Assembly (NCBI GenBank): GCA_003971905.1 | Contig: RSEE01000003.1 | Location: 186,001-250,000, forward strand | Length of the DNA stretch: 64,000 nucleotides | Origin: Moniliella sp. 'wahieum' | Taxonomy: Eukaryota | Direction of reading: 5' to 3' | Shown here: positions 49,113-62,280 of the stretch, piece by piece | Layout of the letters: every line of letters begins with the position of its first letter | How positions within the stretch are numbered: the stretch's first letter is position 1 | Made by a program: the position numbers and the translations under genes | The notes under the pieces: model-generated | Databases searched by the model: none | Told to the model about the DNA's origin: nothing | The model's input: only the letters and a program-made list of their open reading frames with translations

Positions 49113-52100
49113 TTAGAGGTCATCCAGCTCGTCGGCCGAGTCGTACGTGCCAGCCTTCTTCTTGGCCAGACGGTCCTTCTTGGCCTTACGGGCCTCCTTG
49201 GAGGTGAGCGCCTTCTTCTTCTTGGCCACCTCAATCTTGTTGCCCATCGCATCAAACTTCTCCTCCTCCTCGTCCTTCTTCTTGTCGATACGCGGGCCCG
49301 AGCCCTGGCCCTCGACCCAGTTGTGGCCCGACGCACGCAGCACACCGCCGTCCATGGCCCAGACTTCCGAGCACACCCCCTGCGACACCTCGATCGAGTG
49401 AGTGATCAAGCACACACCACCTCAAACACCTTGAGCGCATTGATAGCGCAGCAAGCGACTCACGGTCCAAGAAGTTGGACGGCTCATCCAGAATGATGAT
49501 GTGGGGACGGCGCCAGGTAGCGGCAGCCAGCACGACCTTGACCTTCTGGCCACCCGACAGACCACGCATCGTGTTGTGCGAAGTGAACTCGCGCTCCAGA
49601 CCAAAGTCCTCAAAGTGCTGCTCAATCTCCTTGCGGACCAGCGGCGGTTCATACCCAGACGCTGGCCTCCTTCGAGTCAAACTCGAGCACCTTCTTCTCA
49701 AACCCACGCTTGATCAGCTCGTCACGCGGAATCCACACATTGTCGGCCGACGACATGTTCTTGAACGACACCTCGTATTGGAACGAGTTCTTCAACTTCT
49801 TACGACCGACAATCGACTCAATCAGGCGCTTGACACCCTCCACAATGTACACCTCACCCTGCTTCTGCATCTTCTTCCTCCTCCCCGACAGCTCCTTGGA
49901 CGAGTTCTTGAGGAACTCCTCCAAGTCCTCACCAGTCTGGTACCGCCACAGCATGTACTCCAGAGGCGTCTTGTCCAAGTGCTGGTCAATGTGGTGGAAG
50001 GCGTGCTGGCCACGTAACCAATGACCAAGTTGGGGTGCTTCCACACCTCACCCTCGCAGCCTCCGTGTCACCAACCATGAGCTTCACGAGCGTCGACTTG
50101 CCCGAACCGTTGGGACCCAGAATGGCAACACGCGAAGACAGCGAGACTTGCATCGAGATACCGAGCAGCTGGGGCTTGGGCGTGCCGGGGTACTGGAACG
50201 TCACATCACGCATCTTGAGCAGCGACTCTCCTTGGTCTTGACACCGTCCAACAGAGGAGGCTCAGGGAACTTGAACGAGTAGTCCTCGCCCGAGTTGATC
50301 TCAACGTACGAGCGCGCCTCGGGGACACGCTTGACAAACGCGTCGAGGTTGCCCGGGTAACGCTTGATCTTGAAGCGGTTGAGGTGGAGAATGTCGGTGG
50401 TCACGTCGTTGAGGAACTTCGAGTCGTGCGAGACAATGATCGAGGTGTCTCGGGAGGCTGTTGAGGTAGTCCGTGATCCACTTGACATTCACCACGTCCA
50501 AGTGGTTCGTCGGCTCGTCGAGCAGCAGAATGTCGGCCTTGAAGAGGTAGCACGCGCGAGGGGCGAGCTTCATCTTCCAACCACCAGACAGACCGGCGAC
50601 AGGCGAGTCCTGGCGCTCCTGGTCGAAGCCCATCTCGTTCAGGGTCTTGGACGCCTCCTCCTTGTGATTTGGAGGCGCTGGTCCGCAACAATGAAGTCGA
50701 CAACCGAGGTGTACCCTCGGAACCGTCAAGGTCGTGCTCGACGTACCACGTCTTGACCTCCTCGGGCGAAGGGAAGCCCTCGACCTGGCCGTTTTGGATG
50801 GCACGCATCAGCGTAGACTTGCCCGAACCGTTGCGGCCAAGCAGACCGTAGCGGTGGCCACGCTTAAGACGAAGGGTGGCGGTGTTGAGCAGAATCTTTG
50901 CACCGTAGCAGCGAGAACTGGCTTGCAGAGGTCGACACCCTCCTCCTCATCATCAAAGACCTCAACCTCGCCGCCGAACGACTTGGCAAGAGACTTGAGG
51001 AGCGCCATGATAATCTCGTGAGAGGTCTCCTTGGTAGCCTTCTTGTCGAGCTGGATGTACGAGTGGAGAGCCGCCTCCCACTCCGAGGGCTCAAACTCAC
51101 GCGCGTTGGTGAGGTTGGCCGTGAGGGTGGAAACGTAGGCAACCAGCGCCTTGTCCGAGTCGAGCTTCTTCTCGGCAAACTGCTCGGTAACGAGCTTGAG
51201 AACGGTAGGGTAGTCTACATCCTCAAGCGGCTTGATGTCCGAGCCGTCGCCCGAAACGTGGCCAATGTCACGCAGGGTCTTGATGGCGCGCTGAACAACG
51301 GAGCGGGCCTCAGGGTCGGCCATGGTCGACTCAACCTTGATCAAGCCGGGAAGAAGCTTGGGCAAGGGACGGACGGTGCGCTCGTTGTCGACGAGCTTGG
51401 CCATGTTGTCAATGATGACGGCCACCTTACGCTTGATGGCGTAGGGCGCTCGTTCAACCACGCTGAAGAAGGGGGGCCATGAGGGCCAGAGTGGGCGAGT
51501 CGACCTCCTGGACAAAGGTGGTGGCGGAGAGCACACCAATGGTCTTGGGCACCTCCTCGACGGGGAAGATGAGCGACTTGATCAGAGCAGGAATGAAACG
51601 CTCGATATCCTTGTTGGAGATGAGCGAGCAAAGGTCCGTCAGGGCAGCGCGCGACGCCTTCTGCACGTCGGGCTTGGTGTCCCAGATGACCTCCGACATG
51701 ACGGGATAATGTCGGGCATGGCCGCAGCAATGCGGTCAGGGCTCGACTTGACAAGCTGGAGCAGAACCTTGACAAGGCCCGTCTTGACTTGCCACTTGCC
51801 GGCGGTGCGGATCTGGTCAAGGATCACCTCAAGGGCTTGGGGGACAGCCCAGGAGCTGTGCACGCTGGAGAAGGCAACCAGGGCGTTGGTCGCAGCCTCG
51901 CGAACAGTCTTGTCCTTGTCGCCCATGGCGTCAACCAAGGCACGGTAGGTGGCGGGAACATGTAGACCTCAGCGTCCTTGCCAGCGCCATCGTCGCAGAT
52001 GGCCTTGACAAGGGCGGCAGCGCCAACACGCTTGGCAGTGTCCTTCTTGTCGGTCAAGCCCTTCTGGACGAGCTCGGGGAAGCCGGCGAGCGCCTTGGGG

Positions 52101-52174
52101 CCTTCAGCCTTGGCGGCGGCCACAAGGGCCTGAACGGCAGACGAGTCGGTGAAAAGCGCCTCGTTGACAGACAT
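49113..52174 (-). CDS. YEF3: Translation elongation factor 3 (eEF3, ABC-F family)
   Basis: HEAT region ([22 protein letters not shown]), two ABC cassettes ([42 protein letters not shown]), chromo-like insert ([15 protein letters not shown]), C-terminal [14 protein letters not shown]. No intron evident. Confidence 0.96.
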
Positions 52175-52714
52175 GCTGGGCTGTGGAGGCGGGTGTCAGG
52201 AGGGATGAGCAGGCCAGGGGCGGGGGGATGGGACGGAGAAGGAAGAGAGCGTACCAGAGTAGTACAAGGCTCCAGCTGACGGAGCAGTGGTGGTGGCGAA
52301 CCGAGAAGCGAAGGCGGCCAGCGGCGAGCACCAAATACGGAGCGGGTAGCGTTGGACTGGATGCTGGGCCACGCGGCTCACACTGGCGGGGTGCGATGGG
52401 GAAGAAGAAAATTTTGCAGCCATGCCCACAGCGGCGCCGTGCGGTTCATTTGAAACGTGCCCCTTGTCACCAACACTGCCCAGCCGGAGGCTGCCCCCGT
52501 GCGCCTCCGTTCGAACCACGTAGCAGCGCCACTAGGGTTGTCCGCATCTATCACGGCCGAGGGGGGGGGCGAATTGCACCGAACCAGCCACTATTGCCGC
52601 CGGAGTTTCCCTGGTCGATCGATGATCCGCGCTGAACTTGAAATGCGTGTGCACGTGATGCGGTGCGCTGGGCCAGATGCCAAGCGACCTTGCTGCCTGC
52701 AAGCCCAAGAACTG

Positions 52715-54955
52715 TCAACTCGAGCCCACGCTCAGCTCCCTACCCTCAAGAACAGAACGAATAGAAACAACATGATGTGCATGACGCAGACACTTGCCAG
52801 TATACGAATCAGATGGCTTGGCGGGTGACTTCTTGCCAGCGCCGAGCGCCTTGCGGATGCGCGCCAGATCCGCTCTACCGCGGCGGGGCAGCCGGCGTAA
52901 GGGCTTGGAGGGACTTGCCCTGGTCCCACTTGAGCCGGCCTGCTGGTCCAGCCCCAATGGTGGCTGACAAAACAGATGCTGGGACAGCCGTGCCAGCCGC
53001 CAAGTGGCTCACAGGACTCTCCACAACATCCCCTAGCGCACTTGCTGTAGCCGCTGCCGCTGCAGCAGCAGCAGCTGCAGCCCCGGGACCCTGCCGTGCC
53101 TTTTTCCTGCCCTTGTTGGCACCTGGGCCAACAATTACCACGCCCTGTTCGCTCCCTGCGCCCCCATCAACAAGACCGTTCATAATCCCGCTGCCACCAA
53201 AGGGAGCGGTCGCGCTCCCCCCTAAGCCGAGCAGATCGAGCACGGTGGCAGGATCAAGGCGCAGATGCAGCGGCCCTGCAAGCAGATCCGAGATCGACTC
53301 GTCCTCCTCCGCTGCGCGGCGTTTGGTTCCTCTCACCTCTGACTGAGGGGGCAAACTCGATGCCCAAGCGACCTGCAGACGTGAGCACCAACAAGTCTGA
53401 GGGGGAAAAGCCCATGCTCTGCACAGGCTGCCGGACAAGTTGAGGCCCAGGGCTCCGGTGCCAGAGCTTAGACCGTGATGTCCTGCGTTCCCGCCCTGGG
53501 TACCCTGAGGGTCCCCCCGTGTTGGCGCGCTGGACGAGGGCGCTTCCAGATCGTCGTCCAACAAGGAGCCACGTGTCGGACGACCAGAATGCTTGTTGCG
53601 CAACTTGCGAGTGGATTGCCGTTGCTGCTCCATAAGCGATTCGGCTGTGGTCGAACGATCCATTGTCAGCGGTCCCGTCTCCCCACGTTGATCAGTCAAG
53701 ATACGTACTTAAAACCCTCCCCATTCTCCTTTTCCGCCTTGAGCTGCCCTCGTTTTTGCTCGACCGCAAAGAGGAGCTTGTCCCGGATACGCTGGTGGGC
53801 CTGCTGTGCCTCCTCGTCCCACCGCGCGAGGTCGGCCTCAAAGCGAGCGTGGGCCTGCTTCCGCAGATACTGGTGGAACAATTGGACCTTAGTGAGCAAC
53901 GTGTCGCGCTCCACTGTCAATTGCGCCGCTGCCAACTGATATTCCCGTTCGGACGTTGGCGTCTCCATTAACCGCGTATGGGTCTCCCCCGTTTTTTGTC
54001 AGGAGCTCCGTGGCAAACCTAGTAGAATGTCAGTTATCCAAGTTATGCAAGGTTATGCACTCTGTGTTTCGCTTATCCCAAGACCATGATAGGACATACA
54101 GTTCGCGATTTTCGCACGATTCACGGTACTGCCGCTCGATCCGTTCCAGTACCCCTCCTTCGTTTCTTGTCCTTCTTGCTCTCGCCCGTGACCGAAGGCT
54201 GCGGCGTTGGAAGAAGCGAAACGCGACTCACCCGCAGGCTCTTCCACCTGTTCCCTTCGTGCGGCGGGACGGCGTGGCTCGCGTTCCTCAGGCTTCTTGC
54301 GGCGCGGGGCCTTGGCAGGCCCACTCCGGCCGCGCGGCTTGCTCGACCGATTCCGGTTCGGGGGCGCGGGAAGGTGCACCTGGGGGTCTGTGTCGTTGCA
54401 GGAACGGCAGCAGCAGAGGCAGAGGCACAGGGCCTTGGGAAGGGTGGCGCAAGCCGGAGGGCATGGGGACCGAGACGAGATGTGCACCCATCGGCGTAGG
54501 CCCGACATGCCCTCTATGGGTAGGGGGCGATACATTGGGTCGGGGCCGGGGACTGTGTTGGAAGCAGAGCTGCTGGCGGGTACGGACCAGGCAGGCAGCT
54601 GAGACGAGAGGTAGTCGGGGTAGTTGGGCGGCGGAAGCTGAGTAGGGAGTGGGTACCTCATTAGGTGGAACCCGGGGCATGCCCTCGCTGTGCATGTGCG
54701 GGTGGGACGGGTGGTGGTGGTGGTGGTGATGGTGGTGGTGAGGCGGTGGCGGTGGCCGCTGGGGCTGGGCCTGAGGCTGCGGCAAGGGCTGCGACGGAGA
54801 AGGGGAAGGGTGTGGGGGAGGCGGGGATGGGACGGTATGCGCCCATGGGCTCGTTCGGCCTGGAGAGGGCGGGTAGGCGTAGACGATGGGCTGCGGCGGG
54901 GGGGGCGCGGGGGGGCAACGTAGTGCGTGGCCGGGCGGCCGTACGCTTCGGCCAT
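52715..54955 (-). CDS. Sds3-like Sin3/Rpd3L complex subunit
   Basis: Pro/His-rich N-terminus, ESKKDKKRR/VLERIERQYRE, introns 54019-54099 and 53645-53708, helical AAQLTVERDTLL...RIRDKLLFAVEQKRGQLKAEKE, TRKLR, C-terminal DQGKSLQAL...DLARIRK. Family call is from pattern recall; the end is approximate. Confidence 0.65.
54711..54741 (-). repeat. (CAC)n poly-His coding tract
   Basis: GGT/GGTGAT run on the + strand; PPPPPHHHHHHHHHHPSHPH on the - strand. Confidence 0.85.
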
Positions 54956-55395
54956 GGTGGCGAGGGGGCGGGGGGGAGGGCGGGAGGTGGAGGGGAGGCC
55001 CAGCTGGACGCGGTGCGGTCGGCGTGTCTGGCCTGCGGGCTGGCGGTTCCTCCTCCTGTGCAACACGCCTGTTTTGCCCAGCATGTCACACATCACATCA
55101 CCATCGCAGCCATCAGCATCACCCCTCAGGCTACGACGTCACGCGTCACCACCCTCGCAGCCAGCCAACCCTACCAGCCCCCCCGCAGTCCGCCGGCTGG
55201 CGTCGTGCGCTGGCGGGAGATCATCTGCACGACGCAGCGCCATCCGGCAGATCCCTCGGCCTGCCATCGCATGCCACATGTCTCTGAGCTGCCAGCTGCC
55301 CTGCAGCCACCGCCCCCGCTATCAAACGTTCATTCTCTCGCGCTGCGGTGGCCTGCCCCTGCCGAATTCCACACTCGCAACACAGCAACACCGCC

Positions 55396-56409
55396 ATGCT
55401 CATCCACGGCCTTGATCCGCATCTGGGCACGCTCTCTCTCGCCGTTGCGCTCGGCTATCACGGGTGGCGCAAGGGTAGTCTGTCTGCCTCCGGCGGGCTG
55501 GCCGCGGCCGGGGTCGGGTATGCGCACCTCGCCAACCCCCACCCCGCGTTTGGTGTCGCTCCTCGGGTTCTACTTTGCCGGATCGCGTGCCACCAAAGTC
55601 AAGGCCGAGCGCAAGGCGCAGCTCGAAACCGAGCTGGGAGGGGAGCACAAGTCCTCCTCTGGCGGCAAAAGGGACGCCTACCAAGTTCTCTGCAATTCCT
55701 TTCTTCGTATGTCACCCTTGTCCAACGATGCTGTAGCTGTATAGTTATGCTCTGACCCCGATGCAATGGCACGCGCAGCCGCCCTCGCTGCGCTCACCTA
55801 CCGCTTCTTCCTCTCCCCTGAGCCGATCCTGGACCAGACACGCATTGGTACCCCGTTTCTTGGATGGTGGGGGGGTCCGACCCCGCCACGCTTCTCGCCT
55901 CTTCCCTCCTCTTTCTTGCCACAGGCCACTACGCGTGCTGTCTCGGCGACACGTTGGCCAGCGAACTGGGCATTCTTAGCCAACGTCGTCCCCGGCTCGT
56001 CACCCATCCCACACGCACCGTTCCTCCCGGCACCAACGGCGGGGTATCTGCCTGGGGACGCTCTGTTCTGCCGTAGGCGGCACTACCATCGGTCTCTCCT
56101 CGTTGCTGTGGAAGCATTCCGTGTGCGGCAGCCGTCTTGGGGGCGAGGAGCGGCGCTGGTGGCGCTCACTACGCTTGCTGGGCTAGGGGCAGCATGCTTG
56201 ATTCGGTCCTGGGTGCCACCTTGCAGCGGACTTGGTTCCGACCTGCTCCGGGGGGCGGAGGACAGGTCCTCCTCGGTCGCCCGCCCAAGGAGGAGGAGTG
56301 GGTCGTGGTCACTGGCCACGATGTGCTGTCGAACAATTCGGTCAACTTGTGCGCCTCCTGTGTCACGGCCGGGGGGTTCCTGCTCCTGGCACGTGCCGTA
56401 CTGGGATGA
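55396..56409 (+). CDS. TMEM19/DUF92 family integral membrane protein
   Basis: [82 protein letters not shown]; intron ~55707-55778. Confidence 0.88.
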
Positions 56410-57579
56410 GAATCAAGGGGATGTCGCCTCCACCGCCCTGCCTACATTGCCGACGATGTGGTACATAGACCAGATGGACACAAAGCGGAGGATCCACTTG
56501 GAGGCTTCAGAGGTCAAATAAGGGGCAAAGGACGATAATCGATAAGGCTCCTTGGGACATGCAGGCGGCCATCCGGGTCCCAACAGTGAAGCTGTAGGAG
56601 CCAGCCCCGTCCTGCTAATGACTAGTGACGAGCCACAAGTCTTCTTTCACAAGCACGACCATCTGAAGCGAAGGGTTCTGCACCAGGGACTCACTGTAGG
56701 CTCGCAGTGCATCAGCGGCGTCTGTCTTTTGGGGCTGGAGAGGGATAGACCAATCAAAGGTGCCTCGGAAGGTATAGAGGGCCGTTGTGCATTCAATATG
56801 AGCGCCGGAAGGTGGTGGATGGGAAGCGCGTGCGGGGCAAAGGGGCGAAGCAATTCTGCGCCTTGGTAATGGGAGGACTCGGAAGGGGCACTGGGGTGTG
56901 TATCTACGGCGAGTGACGTCAGTGGCTTACTTGAACGCGCATGCTGTTGGCCGCTGGTAGCCGCATAGCTTGCCCCCGATTCGTGGGGGGGGGGGGCAGC
57001 AGGGGAGGCGAGGAACGGAAGCGCGGGTGGGCAGGGCACAGGTGGGGGCGTGGGGGGCGCGTGGGGGAGTGCACTTTGAGTAGCGCGCACCGCGTATGCG
57101 GACGCAGGAAAGCGGGACTGGCGCGTGCGTTTCAGTTGAAAGTTGAAGCGGGAAAGGCCGAAGCCCGAGCCCCAACGAGACGGAGGCGAAATTGGGGTGG
57201 CAGCTGGCTCCCAACAAATCGGAATGGGGTGCGCGGGGCAACACTGGCGCCGTGCGGGGCGCGTGCGCTGGCTGGCGGAGGCAGGTGCTGCAGCGCAGCC
57301 CATGCCCGCGCCGATCCCACACCCCCCTGCCACGCCACGCCACGAGTGCGCAAGATGGGTGCGTCGGAGCAGCGGCGGGTGCTGGTGGTGATCGAGTGAT
57401 CGTGCAAGGCGTTGGTTGGGCCCCCAAAGCACAGGCGCGTGCCTGCGTTGGATTGGATGCCCCAGCCACCGCATCCGCTCTCGTTGGCCTTGCTCGGCAC
57501 TCGGCACTCGCACTCACCCCCCTCCCCACCCCCTCCTCCCTCTCACCTTCCTCCTCCCCCCAGCCCATCCCTCCCCGCC

Positions 57580-60500
57580 ATGTCTGGCTCTGCCAACGCC
57601 GTCGCCCAGTCGGCTGTGGCTGCCGCCGCCTTGCTTCATACGCGCGCGAGCATGACCTCGACGCATCCTTCGACTCCTCCGCCTCCAACCTCCCCGCCAC
57701 CTCCGCCACCCTCGACTCGCCCTCCCGACCTCTCCCTCAACACCCCCTCGCCTTCCAGCTCCGCCCCGCTCACCAGCGAGGGCCCATCGAGCGAACACGA
57801 CCACCCGCATCACCACCAGCATGGCCAACCCCTCAAGCCAGCTTTCGCTTCGGCCCCAGCCCACCGACTTTCCCACCCCCTTCCTCCTCCACGGCTTCAA
57901 TCCGCACACGGTCGAGCCACAGGCCCTGTCTGCTTGGAACGCCCCGCTGCCTCCCTCGGACGAAGCTGCCGTAGAGGCCACATTTGCTGAGATGATTTGT
58001 TCCGACAGCATCGCGTATGTCCCTTGTCCGTCTCTGGCCTTGGTGGCCTATACTGACTATTCTACGGCCATCAGACCCAGGGAAAACGAGCTTGAATCCA
58101 TCGTCAAGTTGTCCTCTCAGGCCTCGGAAACGAAGCTTATGGCGGTCCACCCCGCTCAAATGGCACTGCCGATCGACCGCAGCCCAATCCTGCTCAATTT
58201 GGTATTGGATCGCACTATAGCCACACAAGCGACGCTGACCTAGGTTACACGGCCACCACCATCGTTCGTCCGCCCAAGGAACAGCTGGACAAACTGCAAG
58301 TCCACGTGCATGGAGTCTCGCTTATAGGGCCAAAAGCCGGGTGGAGACTCAGATCCGGATGAGGATCGAATTGGTACGCAACATCCCACCATCATATCCT
58401 GGTGGTCCCGATCCCCATGCCGGCGAAGAAGCCGTTCCCGACATGGGAATCACCTCCTCACAAGCGCTCACCACAGCGCGGCTCGCTTTGGGCCGACAGA
58501 GTTGTGGCAGCGGATCGGAAGCTTCTCCCACATCAAATTGCCCCCCGGCACAGGCACGAGACGTAAGAGCCGCATCACAAGGTCCCCGATGTTGACCCGC
58601 AAAACACGCTCTTCCTTGATGCAACCGTCGTCACCGCCACCCCACCCCATTCCCAAATCAAGGTATGCGACGGATGCCGAGTCCGGGAGCGCAAGCGACT
58701 TTGCGCATGAAGGGGCGAGGAAAGCGAAAGGACAGCGAGGCTGGCACGGTTGACAAGGAGGACATCCCCACCTCTGAAGAGATACAAGCTTTGGGAATCG
58801 ATCCATCCATCCCAGGGGCGGTCGACCTGGCTGTGCAGATGCGGGAACGACGGGCAAAGGCCCGAGTGGTGGTGTTCAACACGGACGACTATGTTGAGTT
58901 CCGGAATGGGGAGGCGGTCCTTCCGACCCGGATTACGTGTTACTGCCGTCACCATAAGGAGAAGCTGGGGTTCTGCATTATCTTCACCCTGCGGGATTGG
59001 ACGGGACAACTTCTTGCCACGGGTACCACACCGCCAATCATGATTACCGACGACCACAAGACGTCCCAAACACCGCAAGCCCAGGCCCTGATGCAGGCTC
59101 AGCCGATGCTTTGACTGAGGCTCTCTCGCGTGCGAATGCTGCCAATGCAGCACACTTGCACCACCAGATGTTCACCCCACCGCCTCAGTCAAGCGGCCAA
59201 CGTGGCACCGCCTCGCCGTCCCCTCCCAGTCTGGAGGAAGGCGGTGCGGCTCCCGTTCAGGACAGCACGGCTGGTCGCGTCGGTCAGCAGCGACACAAGA
59301 ACACGATCATTCGTCCCAAGCCGTATGCCAGGCAGCTCAGCTCAAGTGCGATGCGCACCCAGCGTTCCTTCTCGCAAGTGTCAACCGGTAGCTCATCTCC
59401 TGTTCCGATGGAAGGATTGTCTGGTGATTTCCATACGCCAGCTGCACAGCGTGCTTCTCCCTTGCCGCATCACCGCCATGGGAGTATAAGTGATTCTGTA
59501 TCTCCTCAGGAAGCTATCTCTCCTTCCCCAAGCAAGGGAACGATACCAACGGGGACGGCACCGCTTTCGGCGCTGCAGGGGGCTTGTCATCTGAGACGCT
59601 GCAACCCCTTGCCACGGAAGAAACGACACAGCCATCCGGCGGGGTAGATCCGTCCATGCTAATGCAAGCCTACATGTTTGCCCGGTCCCAAACTGAGGCT
59701 GCGACAGGTAACTCCGTCATGTTCCAAGACCATGCGCAGCCGCCTCCGCAAATGTATGCGGCTATGATGTCGATGATGCAGAGGATGAACCAAGGTCAAT
59801 GGCCCAATCCATCATCCGGTTCCTTCCCACCCAGCCCTATGGACGCTCTGCCCAGCCCGAACGAGTCGAACATGTTCTTCTTTGGCTCCAATGCCGGGAC
59901 ACCAGGGATGCTCAACTCGATGACGCCCCTCACCCCGCCCGCCCAGCCTGTGGCGAAAGTCACGCAGCTCATCCCACGCGAGGGCCCGACGACAGGCGGG
60001 ACGGAAGTGACGGTTTTGGGAGAAAACTTTGTTCAGGGTATCTCGGTCCTTTTTGGGGACCATCCAGCTATCAGCACCAAAGTGTGGGCGAGCAATACGT
60101 TGGTCTGTGTCCTGCCTCCGGCTGCCTCCCCGGCCCAGTGATTGTGAGCGCTCGAACCCCTCGCTCTCCTGCTCCCGATACGCAAGAAAGCTCGCCCTTG
60201 GCGTTCTTTACCTACGTTGAACAAACGGATCGGGGCTTGATGGAGCTTGCGCTGCAGGTCGTGGGGCTCAAGATGACGGGGCAAGTGCATTCGGCACGGG
60301 ATGTTGCGATGCGCGTGGTGGGGCAAGACAAACAAGAGCCTTCCTCGTCGACTCCAACAGAGGGCGCAGCAAACGAATCTGCCGAGCGCCCTCTGGAGCG
60401 TTCCATGTCCCACTTTTCCCTGCTTTCTCGTGTCGCATCCGACGGGGCGCACAAGCCGCTCAATTTCCAAGACACCCTCGTCTCTCTGCTTGCCTTATCG

Positions 60501-61828
60501 GACGAGGAAGTGCCACGCCCGCCCCTGACAAGCGCCACCTTCCTCCCCCCGAGCGGAAGCAGGACGCCTTCCGCCTGACCAACCGCGCTGGGCAAACGGT
60601 ACTGCACCTGGCTGTCGTTCTTGGCTTTTCCCGGTTGGTGGAGGAGCTGTTGCGTCGGGGAGCGCCGGTTAATGCGCGTGACAACAGTGGCATGACACCG
60701 TTGCACTTTGCTGCCCTGCATGGCCGGACGGGCGTGACAAGGCGGTTGCTCCGTGCGTTTGCGGATCCGCGTGCCGAAACTCGCTCGGGGCTTACCCCGC
60801 TCCAACTGGCGCGCATGGCGGGCCAGGAAGACACGGTGGAACTTCTTTTGCAACACTTTGACCTCCTTGCGTGCACCATGGCATCGTCAGATGCGGAGGC
60901 GTGGGACGAAGAGTGGGACGAGAGACGGAGGAAGAGGACGAGGAAGAGGAAGGAGAAGAGGAGGACGAGGAGGACGAGGAAGAAGTGGAAGAGGGCGAAT
61001 GCGTTCCTCGTGCTTCTCTCGGGTCAACTCACCGCCTGGCCGCCTCCATTGACGAGGACAATCTTTCCTCTGAAACACTGTCCGAGTCGGAGAGCGAAGA
61101 GGGGTCATCTCCTACGTCTCAACTGCCTGTCAAGGTTATCTTACCAGAGAAGCTTACTTCCGAAAACAAGGAGCTGCTGCTGGAGAAGGAGCCAGTGTCG
61201 GAGAAAATGGAGTCGTTGCCAGACAAGGAACCGTCGCGGGAACGTGCCGAGCCGGATGAGAAGGCTCTCTTGACCGCCTCGCTCAAGGGGGAAGAAGAGA
61301 AGGTTCCATCTCGGAGGTCTCAATCGGTTCTTCTTCGGCCGTGCTGAACAGTATTGTTGCTCCCCTGTCGGTGTACAGGGTGGAGCAAACGGTTCCGGCT
61401 TTCTCCGAAGAACAGCTCTCCAATCTACCAAAAAGAAAAGGGGGCGCGACTTGGGATTGGACGAGGTGGCGCCTCCAGCCTATGAAACGGCCGTCGCCTC
61501 TTCCTCCCCTTCTACTTCTGCTTCTGCTTCTACTTCTGCTTCTAATTCTGCTTCTACTTCTACTTCTACTTCTACTTCTACTTCGTCTACTTCAACCTCG
61601 GCATCGGCTTCAACGGGGGGAGATGGACGTCGCCGTCGCCGGGGCAAGGTGGAGGAAGGACGTTGGCTGCGAACGTGGCAGGAGGACCGGATGCTGATGC
61701 TGTTCTGGTTGCCGGCTCTGATCATCGCCTCGCTCTTATTCTTTTACTCGTCGGTGGGGCCCATGGGGCGCCTGATCCAAATGATGCGCCAAGGCACGCT
61801 GTTCAAGCTGGACCCGCCGAGCCAGTAA
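57580..61828 (+). CDS. MGA2: Mga2/Spt23-like membrane-tethered transcription activator (IPT/TIG + ankyrin + C-terminal TM)
   Basis: KSRVETQIRMRIEL, LPTRITCYCRHHKEKLGF, TPPIMITDDHK, LIPREGPTTGGTEVTVLGENF (TIG), DRGLMELALQVVG, GQTVLHLA and GMTPLHFAALHG (ankyrin), DRMLMLFWLPALII (TM); intron 58015-58073. Confidence 0.93.
61509..61594 (+). repeat. (CTTCTA/CTTCTG)n hexamer repeat encoding Ser-Thr/Ser-Ala tract in MGA2
   Basis: STSASASTSASNSASTSTSTSTSTSSTS directly visible. Confidence 0.9.
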
Positions 61829-62280
61829 AGTGTATCACCACTCCTTCCCTTTCCCACCCCGATTCTACAAACTGTACAGTGCATTTTTGTCTTTTTTTTC
61901 TGTTGCGTTTCCTTTGCTTTCCTTTATGTTATGTGCCAACAATATGCATCCTTCTTGCTGAACGTTCTAAGCCATTACAGCTTCCCTCCTAGAAAACACT
62001 AATTGACCTCGCAAACTATATCAGGAGCTAGAGCAACAGCACCTTTTGTCTCTGCTCTAAACTCATACGACTTGGGTCCCGATGCAACATGGGCAACAGA
62101 GATGAATAAAGATGAAGCAAAACTGGAATATGAAATCGCTTCTCGGGCCGGTCGCTTGTCCACTGCGTTGGAGCAAACGCACCGTACACAGGCTCAACGG
62201 ACAGCGAAAATAGCACCACTAATTGGGGCGGGTGAATTTGCCCGAGGAGGAAAACACCATAGATTAGTCCCACGTCCTTT

